From NCBI GenBank assembly GCA_016200665.1, contig JACQEG010000019.1:6126-70125 (forward strand): DNA of 64,000 bases, read 5' to 3'. The stretch is from Chloroflexota bacterium. GTDB taxonomy: Bacteria; Chloroflexota; Limnocylindria; Limnocylindrales; CSP1-4. Both the position numbers and the translations under genes were made by a program. Position 1 is the first letter of the stretch, and each line of letters starts with the position of its first letter. The notes below the pieces were generated by a model. It was not told where the DNA came from and did not search any database. It was given only the letters and a program-made list of their open reading frames with translations. Positions 37,890 to 47,524 of the stretch are shown here, piece by piece.

Positions 37890-39044
37890 TCAGCGACGTC
37901 TCCCGCGTCGGCCTTGGCGGCCTCGCTGGCGAATCGTGGCGTTCGCCGAGGCGGACCGCTCGATGGCGGACTTCTGAGGGGTGGGGGGTCGCGCGGGCGC
38001 TCCCGCCGCGCGCGGTGGGGAAGCGGCCGCCGTGGGCATGGCGACCGGGAAGCGCGGTTTGTGCTCCCGCGCGAAGCCGGGAGTGAAGCCGAACAGCGGG
38101 AACATCCCGCCGAAGCCGGTGGTCAGGAACTGCTGTGCGACCTGGTAGATCGTCGAGACGATCAGGTAGACGAACAGCCCGACCGGGATGACCGTGGAAT
38201 AGAGCAGGGTGATCAGTGGCAGCCAGATGCTCATGGCCCGTTGCGTCCGGACGTTCGGGTCGAGCGGGATGTTCGGATTGTGGGCCGGTAGCGCCAGGCG
38301 CGACGCGACGAGCTGGATGAGCGTATAGACGATCGCGAAAACCGAGATCCCGATCCCGATGACCGGGATGGTGAACAGGCCCTCGTAGCCGGCGGCATTC
38401 ATCCCGCCGAGCCACGGTATCGTCGTGTTCAGGCAGGACGTGCCCCAGGCGTGGACCTGGCCGACCGTGCAGTCGAGCTGGAACACCTGGAAGCCGAAGA
38501 CCTGGAGCATCGGGTTCGGATCTGGCGAGCTCAATCCCTCGCGAATGACCTGGTACATCGGCAGGATCAGGAGGATCGGCAGGAACGCCGTCAGGCAGCC
38601 GGCCTGGCTGATCCCGCGCTCCTTCATCATCTCGGTCTGCGCCTGCTGGGCCTTCATCCGGTCGCCCTTGTAGCGGCGCTGGATCTCCTTGATCTCCGGC
38701 TGGAGGGCCTGGAGCTGGCGCATCGAGACCATCTGGCGCCGCATCAGCGGAACCATCACCGTCCGAACGACGAGGGTCGTCAGGATGATCGCGATGCCGA
38801 TGTCGGGAACGAGCTTGTAGATCCCGACGAGGAGCAGGAAGAAGGCCTGGAAGATCGGCGTGAACAGCCACGCCAGGACGCTGAGCGGATCGCCCTTGAG
38901 CTCGGCCGGGTGCAGCGGCGTCGGGGGCGTGATGGTCTGGCCCGGGGCGAGGCTTCCACCGCCGGGCGTGCACGCGGCCACGACGAGGACGACGAGCGCG
39001 AGCAGCCCGAGGGCGATCAGGCGACGACGAAGGCTGGGGCTCAC
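37890..39044 (-). CDS. yidC: Membrane protein insertase YidC (lipoprotein-type signal, basic C-tail)
   Basis: GTG 39044. The lipobox is VVAAC. Motifs seen are IILTTLVVRTVMVPL and LQPEIKEIQRRYKGDR. The C-terminus is RGRQGRRGRRR. Confidence 0.93.
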   Translation of the reverse strand: MSPSLRRRLIALGLLALVVLVVAACTPGGGSLAPGQTITPPTPLHPAELKGDPLSVLAWLFTPIFQAFFLLLVGIYKLVPDIGIAIILTTLVVRTVMVPLMRRQMVSMRQLQALQPEIKEIQRRYKGDRMKAQQAQTEMMKERGISQAGCLTAFLPILLILPMYQVIREGLSSPDPNPMLQVFGFQVFQLDCTVGQVHAWGTSCLNTTIPWLGGMNAAGYEGLFTIPVIGIGISVFAIVYTLIQLVASRLALPAHNPNIPLDPNVRTQRAMSIWLPLITLLYSTVIPVGLFVYLIVSTIYQVAQQFLTTGFGGMFPLFGFTPGFAREHKPRFPVAMPTAAASPPRAAGAPARPPTPQKSAIERSASANATIRQRGRQGRRGRRR

Positions 39045-39057
39045 GATGGGATTGTCC

Positions 39058-39264
39058 TCATCGAACGGGGTCGTAGCCGCCCGGATACCCGGGGTGGCAG
39101 CGCGCTATGCGGCGAGCGCCCATCCAGCTGCCGCGCAGCAGCCCGTAGCGCTCGATGGCCTGTTCCGTGTAGACCGAGCAGGTCGGCTGGTAGCGGCATG
39201 GCGAGGGCAGCCACGCGAACAGGAAGCGGTACGCATGGATCAGCGCGATCCCCACCTGCTTCAC
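39058..39264 (-). CDS. yidD: Membrane protein insertion efficiency factor YidD
   Basis: GTG 39264 forms a GTGA overlap with the rnpA stop. The motif is [19 protein letters not shown]...RIARCHP. Confidence 0.85.
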   Translation of the reverse strand: MKQVGIALIHAYRFLFAWLPSPCRYQPTCSVYTEQAIERYGLLRGSWMGARRIARCHPGYPGGYDPVR

Positions 39265-39614
39265 GAGGTCCGGTCCCGGTGCACGCCGTCGTTGCCTCCC
39301 AGTACGCCGCTCCGCCGAAGGAGTCGCCCGAGCGTCTCCTGCAGCGCCCGATGGTCCGCCGCCACGAGCCCCGGCCTCGCGATCACGAGGACGTCCCACC
39401 CGGGTTGCAGCTCGAGCGACATCGATCGGAGCACCTCGCGGAGTCGCCGGCGAACCCGGTTTCGAACGACGGCCGACCCGATGGCCTTGCTCGTCGCCAG
39501 GCCGAATCGCGTCGATCCGAGGTCTGTCCGGAGGACTCGCGTTGCGAGGAGGGGGTGGGATCGAATCGTCCCCCGCTCCAGGAGCGCCGCGAAGTCCCGC
39601 GGGCTGGAGAGCAT
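39261..39614 (-). CDS. rnpA: RNase P protein component
   Basis: ATG 39614; GTG 39617 is an alternative. Motifs seen are [24 protein letters not shown] and DVLVIARPG. The gene lies 35 nt downstream of rpmH. Confidence 0.85.
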   Translation of the reverse strand: MLSSPRDFAALLERGTIRSHPLLATRVLRTDLGSTRFGLATSKAIGSAVVRNRVRRRLREVLRSMSLELQPGWDVLVIARPGLVAADHRALQETLGRLLRRSGVLGGNDGVHRDRTS

Positions 39615-39649
39615 CACGAGGCGCGGCGGTCGAGTGCCGCGCTCGGTCG

Positions 39650-39784
39650 TCAGACCGACAGGCGCTTGCGACCGCGAGCCCGGCGTGCGGCCAGGACGCG
39701 GCGTCCGCCCGTGGTCTTCATCCGGGCGCGGAAGCCGTGTTCCTTGGCGCGGTGGCGCTTCTTGGGCTGGTAGGTCTGCTTCAT
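39650..39784 (-). CDS. rpmH: 50S ribosomal protein L34
   Basis: Hand translation gives [44 protein letters not shown]. The ORF is below the ORF-track cutoff. Confidence 0.95.
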   Translation of the reverse strand: MKQTYQPKKRHRAKEHGFRARMKTTGGRRVLAARRARGRKRLSV

Positions 39785-39975
39785 CGTGCCTGCGCGGGAT
39801 CCTCTCCGTCGGGCCTCGGGGTTCCGTCATCCATGACCCCGAAAGGCACGCGAACGCGCCGGCGCCCCCACGGGGCGTGGCGCGTTCACTGTCCGGCGGA
39901 TGATAGGTCTGCCCGGAACATCGGTCAAACGCGCCAGCAGGCCGGTCCGGCGTGACCCCGGGGGCCCGAGCAACC

Positions 39976-39994
39976 GATACTCCCGGGGAGTATC
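39976..39994. repeat. Perfect 19-bp palindrome GATACTCCC-G-GGGAGTATC in the rpmH-dnaA intergenic region
   Basis: Read directly. The 9-bp arms are exact reverse complements. Confidence 0.85.
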
Positions 39995-40222
39995 ACGGAA
40001 TTGCCTTGCGACGGTCCGGGGGCGGTGCTATCGTTCGCGCCCCGACGCCCCCCGGACGGTCCCATCTCGACCGGTTCGGAGCCCGCCGGACACCGTTCGC
40101 AGCCCCGCGAACCCGGAGCAACGGACTCGCCATCGCCTGATCTCGACGCCCCTGGCTCATCGGAATCCGGCTTCGCCTCGACCCACGTCAGCCCACCCCG
40201 ACAGAGAGCCGACATCGACCCT

Positions 40223-41704
40223 ATGGACGCGAAGCAGGTCTGGCGCGCAGCGCTCGGAGAGCTCCAGGTATCGCTGTCGCCAGCGAACTTCGAGACGTGG
40301 CTGCGCGAGACGGCGATCGTCGAGGTCGACGACAACCGGTTCCGGATCTCCGTCCCGAACGGCTTTGCCAAGGACTGGCTCGAGAGCCGCTACCGCTCCC
40401 TGATCTCCCAGACGCTGGCCCGGATCGTGGGCTACAGCGTTCAGGTCGAGTTCATCGTCGGACCCGCGCCGGACGCACCCGAGCCGGAGGACGCCGACGC
40501 CGATGGCCTGGCCTTCGAGCCGGCGCCCAAGCCGATGGCGGCCGCCGGGCATCCGAACGGCAACGGCCATGGCGGCCACGTCATGGGCCCCGGCCGGCCT
40601 GCCCCCGGGACGAGCCCCCAGCCCGCCGGCTCGCAGCAGGTCCGGATCGAGCCGACCCGCGTCGGCGGCGAGGGCGGGACGAGCTTCCTCAACGCCCGCT
40701 ACACGTTCGCGAACTTCATCGTCGGCTCGGCCAACCGCCTCGCCCATGCCGCGTCGCTATCGGTCGCCGAGCGCCCGGGCCACGCCTACAACCCGCTGTT
40801 CCTGTACGGCGGCGTGGGCCTCGGCAAGACCCACCTCATGCACGCGATCGGCAACCAGGTCCTCGCGAAGTTCCCCCGCAAGCGGGTGGTCTACGCGACA
40901 TCGGAGAAGTTCACGAACGAGTTCATCACCTCGATCCAGCAGGGCAAGATCGATGAGTTTCGATCGCGCTACCGCCGGATCGACGTCCTGCTCATCGATG
41001 ACATCCAGTTCATCGCCGACAAGGAGCGGACGCAGGAGGAGTTCTTCCACACCTTCAACGCGATCCACGAGGACGGCAAGCAGATCGTCCTGTCCTCGGA
41101 CCGGCCACCGAAGGCCATCCTGACGCTCGAGGAGCGTCTCCGGTCGCGGTTCGAGTGGGGCCTCATCGCCGACCTCACCGCGCCGGACCTCGAGACGCGC
41201 ATCGCGATCCTCCGGGCCAAGGCCGAGGAGGGCGCGGTCCCGATCACATCGGATGTCATCGAGTTCATCGCCCGCAAGGTCGTGTCGAACATCCGGGAGC
41301 TCGAGGGCGCCCTCAACCGGATCGTCGCCTATGCCTCGATGGGCGCGATGCCGATCTCGATCGAGCTCGCCCAGGCCGTGCTCTCGAACGTCCTCTACAA
41401 CCCCAAGAAGCGCCAGATCACGCCGGAGCGGATCGCCAAGGCCGTGTCCGAGTACTACGGCGTCGGGCTCGACGCCCTGCGCGGCCAGAAGCGCGACAAG
41501 GCCATCGTCGTGCCGCGTCAGATCGCGATGTTCCTCATGCGCGAGGAGACCGACGTCTCGCTGCTCCGGATCGGCGCGGAGCTCGGTGGGCGAGACCACT
41601 CCACGGTCCTCCACGCCTGCGACAAGATCACCCGCGAGTCGTCGGCCAACGACGAGCTCCGCCGCGAGATCGCCGCGGTCCGCGAGCTGATCTACGCCGA
41701 CTGA
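40223..41704 (+). CDS. dnaA: Chromosomal replication initiator DnaA
   Basis: ATG 40223 opens MDAKQVWRAALGELQ. Motifs seen are AAA+ GGVGLGKTHLMHAIGN, LLIDDIQF, box VII and the C-terminal DNA-binding DHSTVLHA. Confidence 0.96.
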   Translation: MDAKQVWRAALGELQVSLSPANFETWLRETAIVEVDDNRFRISVPNGFAKDWLESRYRSLISQTLARIVGYSVQVEFIVGPAPDAPEPEDADADGLAFEPAPKPMAAAGHPNGNGHGGHVMGPGRPAPGTSPQPAGSQQVRIEPTRVGGEGGTSFLNARYTFANFIVGSANRLAHAASLSVAERPGHAYNPLFLYGGVGLGKTHLMHAIGNQVLAKFPRKRVVYATSEKFTNEFITSIQQGKIDEFRSRYRRIDVLLIDDIQFIADKERTQEEFFHTFNAIHEDGKQIVLSSDRPPKAILTLEERLRSRFEWGLIADLTAPDLETRIAILRAKAEEGAVPITSDVIEFIARKVVSNIRELEGALNRIVAYASMGAMPISIELAQAVLSNVLYNPKKRQITPERIAKAVSEYYGVGLDALRGQKRDKAIVVPRQIAMFLMREETDVSLLRIGAELGGRDHSTVLHACDKITRESSANDELRREIAAVRELIYAD

Positions 41705-42476
41705 GGTCGCCCTGCGGCCGACGCCGGCTGCAGCCGGCCCCAGGCGCGACGCGCGGGCGGCCAGGGACCGCCGAGCGCCGGAGCCCCACCAAGCCTCCTC
41801 GGTGAGGCCAATCGTTCGCCAGGCGGCAGCAAGGCACCGATCACGCGTTCCTCGGTGGTCCACCCTCGCCCAATTCGCCCCGCGCCACGCTCATGGCGGA
41901 ACGAATCCCAGCCTACGGCCGTCCTGGGCCCGCGCGGAACGTGACGAGGTAGCGCCTGGGGCAAGGTTGGCAACCGCCCGCCTCGGCGGTCCCTGGACGG
42001 CCGTCCAACCCGGAATGTGCGCAACACGACGGACCCGGAGTGGACGACCGGCCGAGCTCCTGTGGGTAAGCGGCTGGTTGTCACGCGATAAGCGCCGGAC
42101 GATACGTGGATGCAAGACTTGGCTCCATCGGGTGGGCGGGGCGTCGACCCGAACTGTCCACCACGAAACGCGGTGCGGATCCCCGGGGGTCGCGGCCCTG
42201 TCCACCGGAACCAACGCCCCGTCGACGGCGCCGCGCCGCACGAACGAGCGCGGCCGTCCACGCCGTCAACACGATGATGAATAGGGTGACGGACCTTAGA
42301 GAATCAGCGAAGATACACACACCGATCGACTGCGCCCGGGACTTGCCGGTTCGAGCGGGTTGGACGCGCTCGGGTGCGCCCGGACGGCATCGACACGGGT
42401 CGACGAGGTCGCCGGGATCGCCCTCCGCCCGCCTGACGTCTGGGAGTCTCGTGGAAGCCTGTGGAGTGGACCTGAC
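41705..42476. other. Putative oriC (dnaA-dnaN intergenic region)
   Basis: 772 bp with no credible coding sequence. DnaA-box-like motifs are TGTGGGTAA (42061-69; 8 of 9 to TGTGGATAA) and CTGTCCACC twice (42154-62, 42198-206), plus several further TCCAC/GTGGA cores. The only AT-enriched stretch in the region is 42267-42320, about 54% A+T by hand count. Confidence 0.55.
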
Positions 42477-43595
42477 GTGAAGCTCTCGGTCATGCAGGAG
42501 AACCTGGCCCGCGGCCTGTCCGTGGTGAGCCGGGCCGTCTCGACCCGCAGCACCCTGCCGGTGCTCGCCAACGTCCTCCTCCGCACGGAGGACGGCGGCC
42601 TCCGGCTCACGACCACGAACCTCGAGATCGGCCTGGTCTACTGGGTCCCGGCAAAGGTCGATGTCGACGGCGCGACCACCGTGCCGGCCAAGCTCCTGAC
42701 CGACCTCGTCACCTCGCTGCCGGGCGGCTCGAAGGTGGAGCTCGAGACGGGCGCGGCCGAGACGCTCCACCTGACCGCCGGACCGTTCCAGTCGCACGTC
42801 AAGGGCATCGACGCGGAGGAGTTCCCATCGATCCAGGCGGTGGGCGAGCGACCCACCACCCGCATCGCCCAGAACGTCCTCAAGCGGGCGCTGGAGGAGA
42901 CGGCCTTCGCGGCGGCGACGGACGAGGCCCGGCCGATCCTGACCGGCGTCCTGTGGCGGTTCGACGGCGAGACGGTGACCTTTGCCGCAGCGGACAACTA
43001 CCGGATCGCCGTGAAGACGATCGAGATCCTCGATCCCGTCGCGGACACGAGCGTCGTCATCCCGGCGCGTGCCCTCAACGAGCTCATGCGGATCCTCGGC
43101 GACACGGACGAGCCGGTCGACGTCGTGCTGGCCCAGAGCCGCAACCAGGTCCTGTTCCACCTGGAGGGCATCGACCTGGTCAGCCGGCTCATCGACGGCC
43201 AGTTCCCGAACTACCAGTCCGTCCTGCCGAAGGCCCACACGACCCGGGCGATCCTCGATCGCGAGGAGCTCCTGCGGGCGGTCCGCCCGGCTGCGCTCAT
43301 CGCCCACGAGTCGGCGAACATCGTGAAGCTCCAGATCTCCTCGAACGGCGAATCCGGGATCACGGTCAGCGCCAACGCCGAGATCGGCGACCATGTCGGC
43401 CAGGTCGAGGCGGACGTCGAGGGCGACGGGACGTCGATCGCGTTCAATGCGAAGTACCTCGCCGACGTCCTCACCAATGTCACCGCGGAGCAGTTCGCGC
43501 TCGAGCTCCAGGGCCCGCTCGCGCCCGGCGTGTTCAAGCCGGTCGGCGACGATCGGTACGTCCACGTCGTCATGCCGGTCCGGACCACCTCCTGA
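42477..43595 (+). CDS. dnaN: DNA polymerase III beta sliding clamp
   Basis: GTG 42477 has GGAG about 10 nt upstream. The translation begins MKLSVMQENLARGLSVVSRAVSTRSTLPVLANVLL and shows the three-domain clamp layout. Confidence 0.95.
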   Translation: MKLSVMQENLARGLSVVSRAVSTRSTLPVLANVLLRTEDGGLRLTTTNLEIGLVYWVPAKVDVDGATTVPAKLLTDLVTSLPGGSKVELETGAAETLHLTAGPFQSHVKGIDAEEFPSIQAVGERPTTRIAQNVLKRALEETAFAAATDEARPILTGVLWRFDGETVTFAAADNYRIAVKTIEILDPVADTSVVIPARALNELMRILGDTDEPVDVVLAQSRNQVLFHLEGIDLVSRLIDGQFPNYQSVLPKAHTTRAILDREELLRAVRPAALIAHESANIVKLQISSNGESGITVSANAEIGDHVGQVEADVEGDGTSIAFNAKYLADVLTNVTAEQFALELQGPLAPGVFKPVGDDRYVHVVMPVRTTS

Positions 43596-43608
43596 TCGAG
43601 ACGGGCTC

Positions 43609-44769
43609 CTGACCGAGACCGGCCGGACGCTCGAGACGCTCCGGCTCGAGTCGTTCCGCGGCTACGAGCGACTCGATGCCGCGTTCCCGCCCGGCCCGCA
43701 GCTCGTCTGGGGCCCCAACGCCGCCGGCAAGACGAGCCTGCTCGAGGCGATGGCGATCCTTGCCTGGGGCCACTCGCACCGGTCCACCAACGACCCGGAG
43801 CTGATCCGCTGGGGCGACGACGTCGCCCGGGTCGAGGGCGCCCTCGGGGGTGACCGGCTCGAGGTGGCGCTCGTCCGCCCGGCCTCGGCCGCGTCGGCGG
43901 GTGGTGCCCGGAAGCGGATCCGGGTCAACGGCGTCGCCCGCCGCGCATCGGCGCTGGGCGGCCACCTCCGCGTCGTCCTGTTCGCGCCCGAGGACATGCT
44001 CCTCATCGTCGGCTCGCCGACGCTCCGGCGAGCGACGATCGACCGGCTTGCGGCTGGCCTGTGGCCCGCCTACGCGGACGCCCTGGCGACCTATGGGCGC
44101 GCGCTCCAGCAGCGGAACTCGCTGCTCCGCCTCATCCGCGAGGAGACCGCGGACCGTGACCAGCTCCGGTCCTGGGACGAGCCGTTCCTCACCGCCGGCG
44201 GCGAGATCGTGGCCGGGCGGCACCGCCTCCTCGCCGAGCTTGCCGCCCCGCTGGCCGCCGCCCATGCCGAGATCGCGCCTGACGAGGCCGCCGCCGCGGC
44301 GCTCGGCCTGCGCTACCTGACGAACGCCCCGCCGGCGCCCGGTGAGAGCCCGCGCGACGCGCTGGCCCGACGGCTTGCGGAGACCGCCGCGAAGGAGGTC
44401 TGGAACGGCGCGACGCTCATCGGGCCGCACCGGGACGACGTCGCCTTCGACCTCGCCGACCGCGACCTCGCCGGCTTCGCGTCGCGCGGCCAGCAACGCA
44501 CCGCCATCCTCGCCCTGAAGCTGGCCGAGCTCGATCTCCTGACCGCGCGCGACGGCCGGCCGCCGCTGCTGCTGCTGGACGACGTGTTCTCGGAGCTCGA
44601 CCCGGCGCGACGGTCGCACCTCGTCCGGCGAATCGCCGCCCTGCCGCAGGCGTTCGTCACGACGACGACCCTGGAGGACCTCGACGCGGCGCTCCGGGCG
44701 ATCGCGACGACGTGGGAGGTCCGGGCAGGCGCGGGTGGCGCGCAATTGCTCGGCGGCCCGGCGCGATGA
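43609..44769 (+). CDS. recF: DNA replication and repair protein RecF (start codon unresolved)
   Basis: Motifs seen are LRLESFRGYE, Walker A GPNAAGKTSLLEA, signature SRGQQRT and Walker B LLLLDDVFSELD. There is no ATG/GTG/TTG between the dnaN stop and the conserved N-terminus. CTG 43609 is used as a provisional start. Confidence 0.88.
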   Translation: MTETGRTLETLRLESFRGYERLDAAFPPGPQLVWGPNAAGKTSLLEAMAILAWGHSHRSTNDPELIRWGDDVARVEGALGGDRLEVALVRPASAASAGGARKRIRVNGVARRASALGGHLRVVLFAPEDMLLIVGSPTLRRATIDRLAAGLWPAYADALATYGRALQQRNSLLRLIREETADRDQLRSWDEPFLTAGGEIVAGRHRLLAELAAPLAAAHAEIAPDEAAAAALGLRYLTNAPPAPGESPRDALARRLAETAAKEVWNGATLIGPHRDDVAFDLADRDLAGFASRGQQRTAILALKLAELDLLTARDGRPPLLLLDDVFSELDPARRSHLVRRIAALPQAFVTTTTLEDLDAALRAIATTWEVRAGAGGAQLLGGPAR

Positions 44770-45110
44770 GCGATGAGCCGCGCCGGCGCCGCCCGATGCG
44801 GCGGATCGGCGACCTGATGCCCGAGGCCGCCCGGCAGCTCGGGCTCGGCGACGAGCTCCGGCGAGGCCGCCAGGTGGCGACCTTCGACGCCATCGTGGCG
44901 GAGCTCGCCCCCTCCGCCCACGGCGCCTGCCGCGCGATCCGCGTCGACGGTGCGACGCTCGTCGTCGAGGCGGACGCCCCGATCGTCGCCCAGGAGCTGC
45001 GCCTCCACGCGCTCGACCTGCGCGACGCCTTTCGCCTGGCTCCTGCCGGCGGACCGATCGAGGAGCTCCGCATCACGATCCGACGTCCCGGTTCGTCTCG
45101 CGCCTCGTAG
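44766..45110 (+). CDS. DUF721 protein (the recF-gyrB-associated small protein)
   Basis: ATGA overlap with the recF stop. The 114-aa protein has the motif VDGATLVVEADAPIVAQELRL, and its position matches DUF721. Confidence 0.75.
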   Translation: MSDEPRRRRPMRRIGDLMPEAARQLGLGDELRRGRQVATFDAIVAELAPSAHGACRAIRVDGATLVVEADAPIVAQELRLHALDLRDAFRLAPAGGPIEELRITIRRPGSSRAS

Positions 45111-45146
45111 AACTTGACCCGGCCGGGCTGGCCGGGCCGCGTCGCA

Positions 45147-45155
45147 TGCGATAAT
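45147..45155 (+). promoter_or_regulatory. Putative extended -10 element TGCGATAAT
   Basis: Read directly. A near-identical GCATGCGATA motif precedes ssrA at 22862-22871. It is followed about 35 nt later by GGAGG and TTG 45200. Confidence 0.4.
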
Positions 45156-45199
45156 CCCGCCCCCGCCGTCCCCAGCTCGGTACCGGTCGGAGGACACCC

Positions 45200-47461
45200 T
45201 TGGCCCACCGCCTGCAAATGAAGCTCGGCGTGATGCCCGAGTCGGATCGCCTGCCCGACTCGCCGGACACGGTGCTGCACGTCCAGCCGCGCATCGGGGC
45301 GCAGCTGCGGACGAAGGGCCACCTCTACCTGCTCGTGACCTCGAGGGTCGCTGGCCACCGCGCCCACGAGGCCACCCGGCTCGTCGCCGACTCCATCCGG
45401 GCCGAGTACTACTACGACGAGTCCGGCGGGATCCGGGTCTGCCTCGCGAAGGCGATCCAGGCCGCGAACAAGCGCCTCGGCCACGCCCGTGAGCGATCCG
45501 CCCTCGGCGCGACCGGTGACACGGGGCCGATCGGCGTTGCCGTCGCGGTCGTCCGCGACAACGAGCTGTACGTCTCGACGGTCGGGCCCGCGGAGGCCTA
45601 CCTGAGCCGCGGCGCGCGACTCTCGACGCTGCCCGACCCGCACCGCGACCGCGGCCTGCCGGCCGCCGAGCTCGAGCCCGACGTCTGGCGGGGTGAGATC
45701 AACGTCGGCGACCAGCTGCTGCTCGTCTCTCCGAGCGTCGCCGAGGCGCTCGGGTCCGACGAGCTCAAGGAGGCCCTCGTCACGCTCCATCCGCAGTCGG
45801 CGGTGGAGCGCATCCACGCCCGCTTCGTCGAGGCTGGCGGGACCGGCAGCGACGGGGCGATCACCCTCGAGGTGGGCGAGGTCGCCGCGTCCCGCTCCGG
45901 CCGCGCGCCGATCCCGGTCCGGCCGGCCGAGCCGCTGGCCGGCACCCCGGATCGGTCGCCGATCCCGCTCGTGGACTCCGTGGCCGGCGGCATGGCGGCG
46001 GCCCAGAACGCGGCTGACGCGGCGAGGTCCGCGGCCGGCGGCGTGGCCGGGCGACTGTTCCGGCGGCTGCAGGACTCCCTGCCCGCTCGTAGTCCGCGCG
46101 ATCGGCGGGTGACGCCGATGACGGCGCGGCGCGAGATGCAGCAGCGGGCCGCGATTGCGATCCTCAGCTTCGTCGTCGTCATCGGCGCCCTGGGCGCCGG
46201 CGTGACCTTCATCGGCAGCCACCCGTTCCCGGGTCCCGCCATCGCCTCCTTCGAGGCCGGCCAGAAGGCCCTCGACGAGGCGAAGGCCGACCTCGATCGG
46301 GTCCTCGGTCCGGGTGTCGACCTCGTCACGAACGACCGGCGCAAGGCGGCGACCCTGCTGACCGACGCGATGGCCAAGCTGACCGCCGCGGCTGCCGCGG
46401 GAATTCCCGCAGCCACGATCCAGCCGCTCCGCGACCAGGCCGTCGCGGCGATCGACCGGCTCTACAACCTGATCGACGTCGGCGACACGGTCCTGTTCAC
46501 GTTCCCGGCCAACCAGCCGATCGACCTCAGGGCGATCGTCCGCGGTCCGGACGGCGCCCCGTACGTTCTCGACGCGGGCACGAAGACGGTCTACCGGATC
46601 GACCTGGCGAAACAGACGGCCGGTGCGATCTTCCGGGTCGGGACGAAGGTCGGCACGGCGACCGAGGGAGAGCCGAGGCTCATGACCGTGGGCGGGCGTG
46701 ACCTCGTCATCCTCGACTCGAAGAGCGTGGTGTGGAAGTGGACCCCGGCCAATACGACCGGCCGCGGCACGACCCGGAAGGTCAGCGTCAAGGGCGCCTC
46801 GGAGTGGGGCAGCGACGTCCTGGCCATTGGCACCTTTGCCCGCAACGGCGACCTCTACAACCTGTACGTCGTCGACCCGTCCGAGCAGCAGGTGCTCGGC
46901 TATACCCCGGCGATCGACGGGAGCGGATACCCATCGGCGCCGGTCGGTCGGCTGAGCGCGCCCCGGGACGTGAGCGGGATCACCTCGCTCTACATCGATG
47001 GCGACATCTGGCTCGCGGACGGCGGACGGCTGCTCCGAATCGTCAACGGCCGGAGCGAGGGCTGGACCTCCGCCGACCCGGGCGACACGATCATCCGGCC
47101 GGTGCCCCGCTACACGCTCGTGACATCCGGGTCCGACCGCCGCGAGGGCCGCATCTACGGCTTCGACGCGAACAGCCGCCGCGTGATCTCATTCCTCAAG
47201 ACCGATGGCTCGTTCGTCGAGCAGTACCGGCTCGCGGCCGAATCGTCGGGCTGGACGGACCTCCGCTCGTGGTACGTCGTGGCGGGTGTCGGCGATCAGC
47301 CGGACACGCTGTTCTGGATCTCCGGGACCGCGATGCACAAGACGGTCCTCGAGCGGCCGGTGAGCGGCCCGGGTGCGTCGCCCGGCGGGTCGCCGGCGGC
47401 CTCGTCGAGCTCGACCGCCGCCCCCGCCTCGACCGCCGCCCCCGCCTCGACCGCCCCGTGA
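45200..47461 (+). CDS. Membrane protein: degenerate PP2C-like N-terminal domain, one TM helix, beta-propeller-like C-terminal domain
   Basis: TTG 45200 has GGAGG 6 nt upstream; ATG 45218 is an alternative. PP2C-like blocks are present but the Asp-containing motifs are replaced: TSRVAGH for DGMGGH, VGPAEAYL for VGDSRAYL, and LLLVSPSV for LLLCSDGL. The TM helix is AAIAILSFVVVIGALGAGVTFI. Confidence 0.75.
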   Translation: MAHRLQMKLGVMPESDRLPDSPDTVLHVQPRIGAQLRTKGHLYLLVTSRVAGHRAHEATRLVADSIRAEYYYDESGGIRVCLAKAIQAANKRLGHARERSALGATGDTGPIGVAVAVVRDNELYVSTVGPAEAYLSRGARLSTLPDPHRDRGLPAAELEPDVWRGEINVGDQLLLVSPSVAEALGSDELKEALVTLHPQSAVERIHARFVEAGGTGSDGAITLEVGEVAASRSGRAPIPVRPAEPLAGTPDRSPIPLVDSVAGGMAAAQNAADAARSAAGGVAGRLFRRLQDSLPARSPRDRRVTPMTARREMQQRAAIAILSFVVVIGALGAGVTFIGSHPFPGPAIASFEAGQKALDEAKADLDRVLGPGVDLVTNDRRKAATLLTDAMAKLTAAAAAGIPAATIQPLRDQAVAAIDRLYNLIDVGDTVLFTFPANQPIDLRAIVRGPDGAPYVLDAGTKTVYRIDLAKQTAGAIFRVGTKVGTATEGEPRLMTVGGRDLVILDSKSVVWKWTPANTTGRGTTRKVSVKGASEWGSDVLAIGTFARNGDLYNLYVVDPSEQQVLGYTPAIDGSGYPSAPVGRLSAPRDVSGITSLYIDGDIWLADGGRLLRIVNGRSEGWTSADPGDTIIRPVPRYTLVTSGSDRREGRIYGFDANSRRVISFLKTDGSFVEQYRLAAESSGWTDLRSWYVVAGVGDQPDTLFWISGTAMHKTVLERPVSGPGASPGGSPAASSSSTAAPASTAAPASTAP
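47411..47457 (+). repeat. 18-bp tandem repeat (TCGACCGCCGCCCCCGCC x2.6) encoding STAAPA repeats at the gene's 3' end
   Basis: Read directly: 47411-28 and 47429-46, plus a partial third unit. Confidence 0.85.
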
Positions 47462-47524
47462 CCGACGCCTCCGTGACCGCCCGCGCCGCGTGAGCCCGGG
47501 CTTCCGCGTGCTCCAGGGCGCCCC

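Noticed and set aside
41692-42284. ORFs inside the dnaA-dnaN spacer (41692..42261 -, 41802..42284 +, 41891..42241 -).
   Set aside because: They have no SD, junk-like translations and mutually overlapping frames. The region is better explained as the origin or a regulatory spacer.
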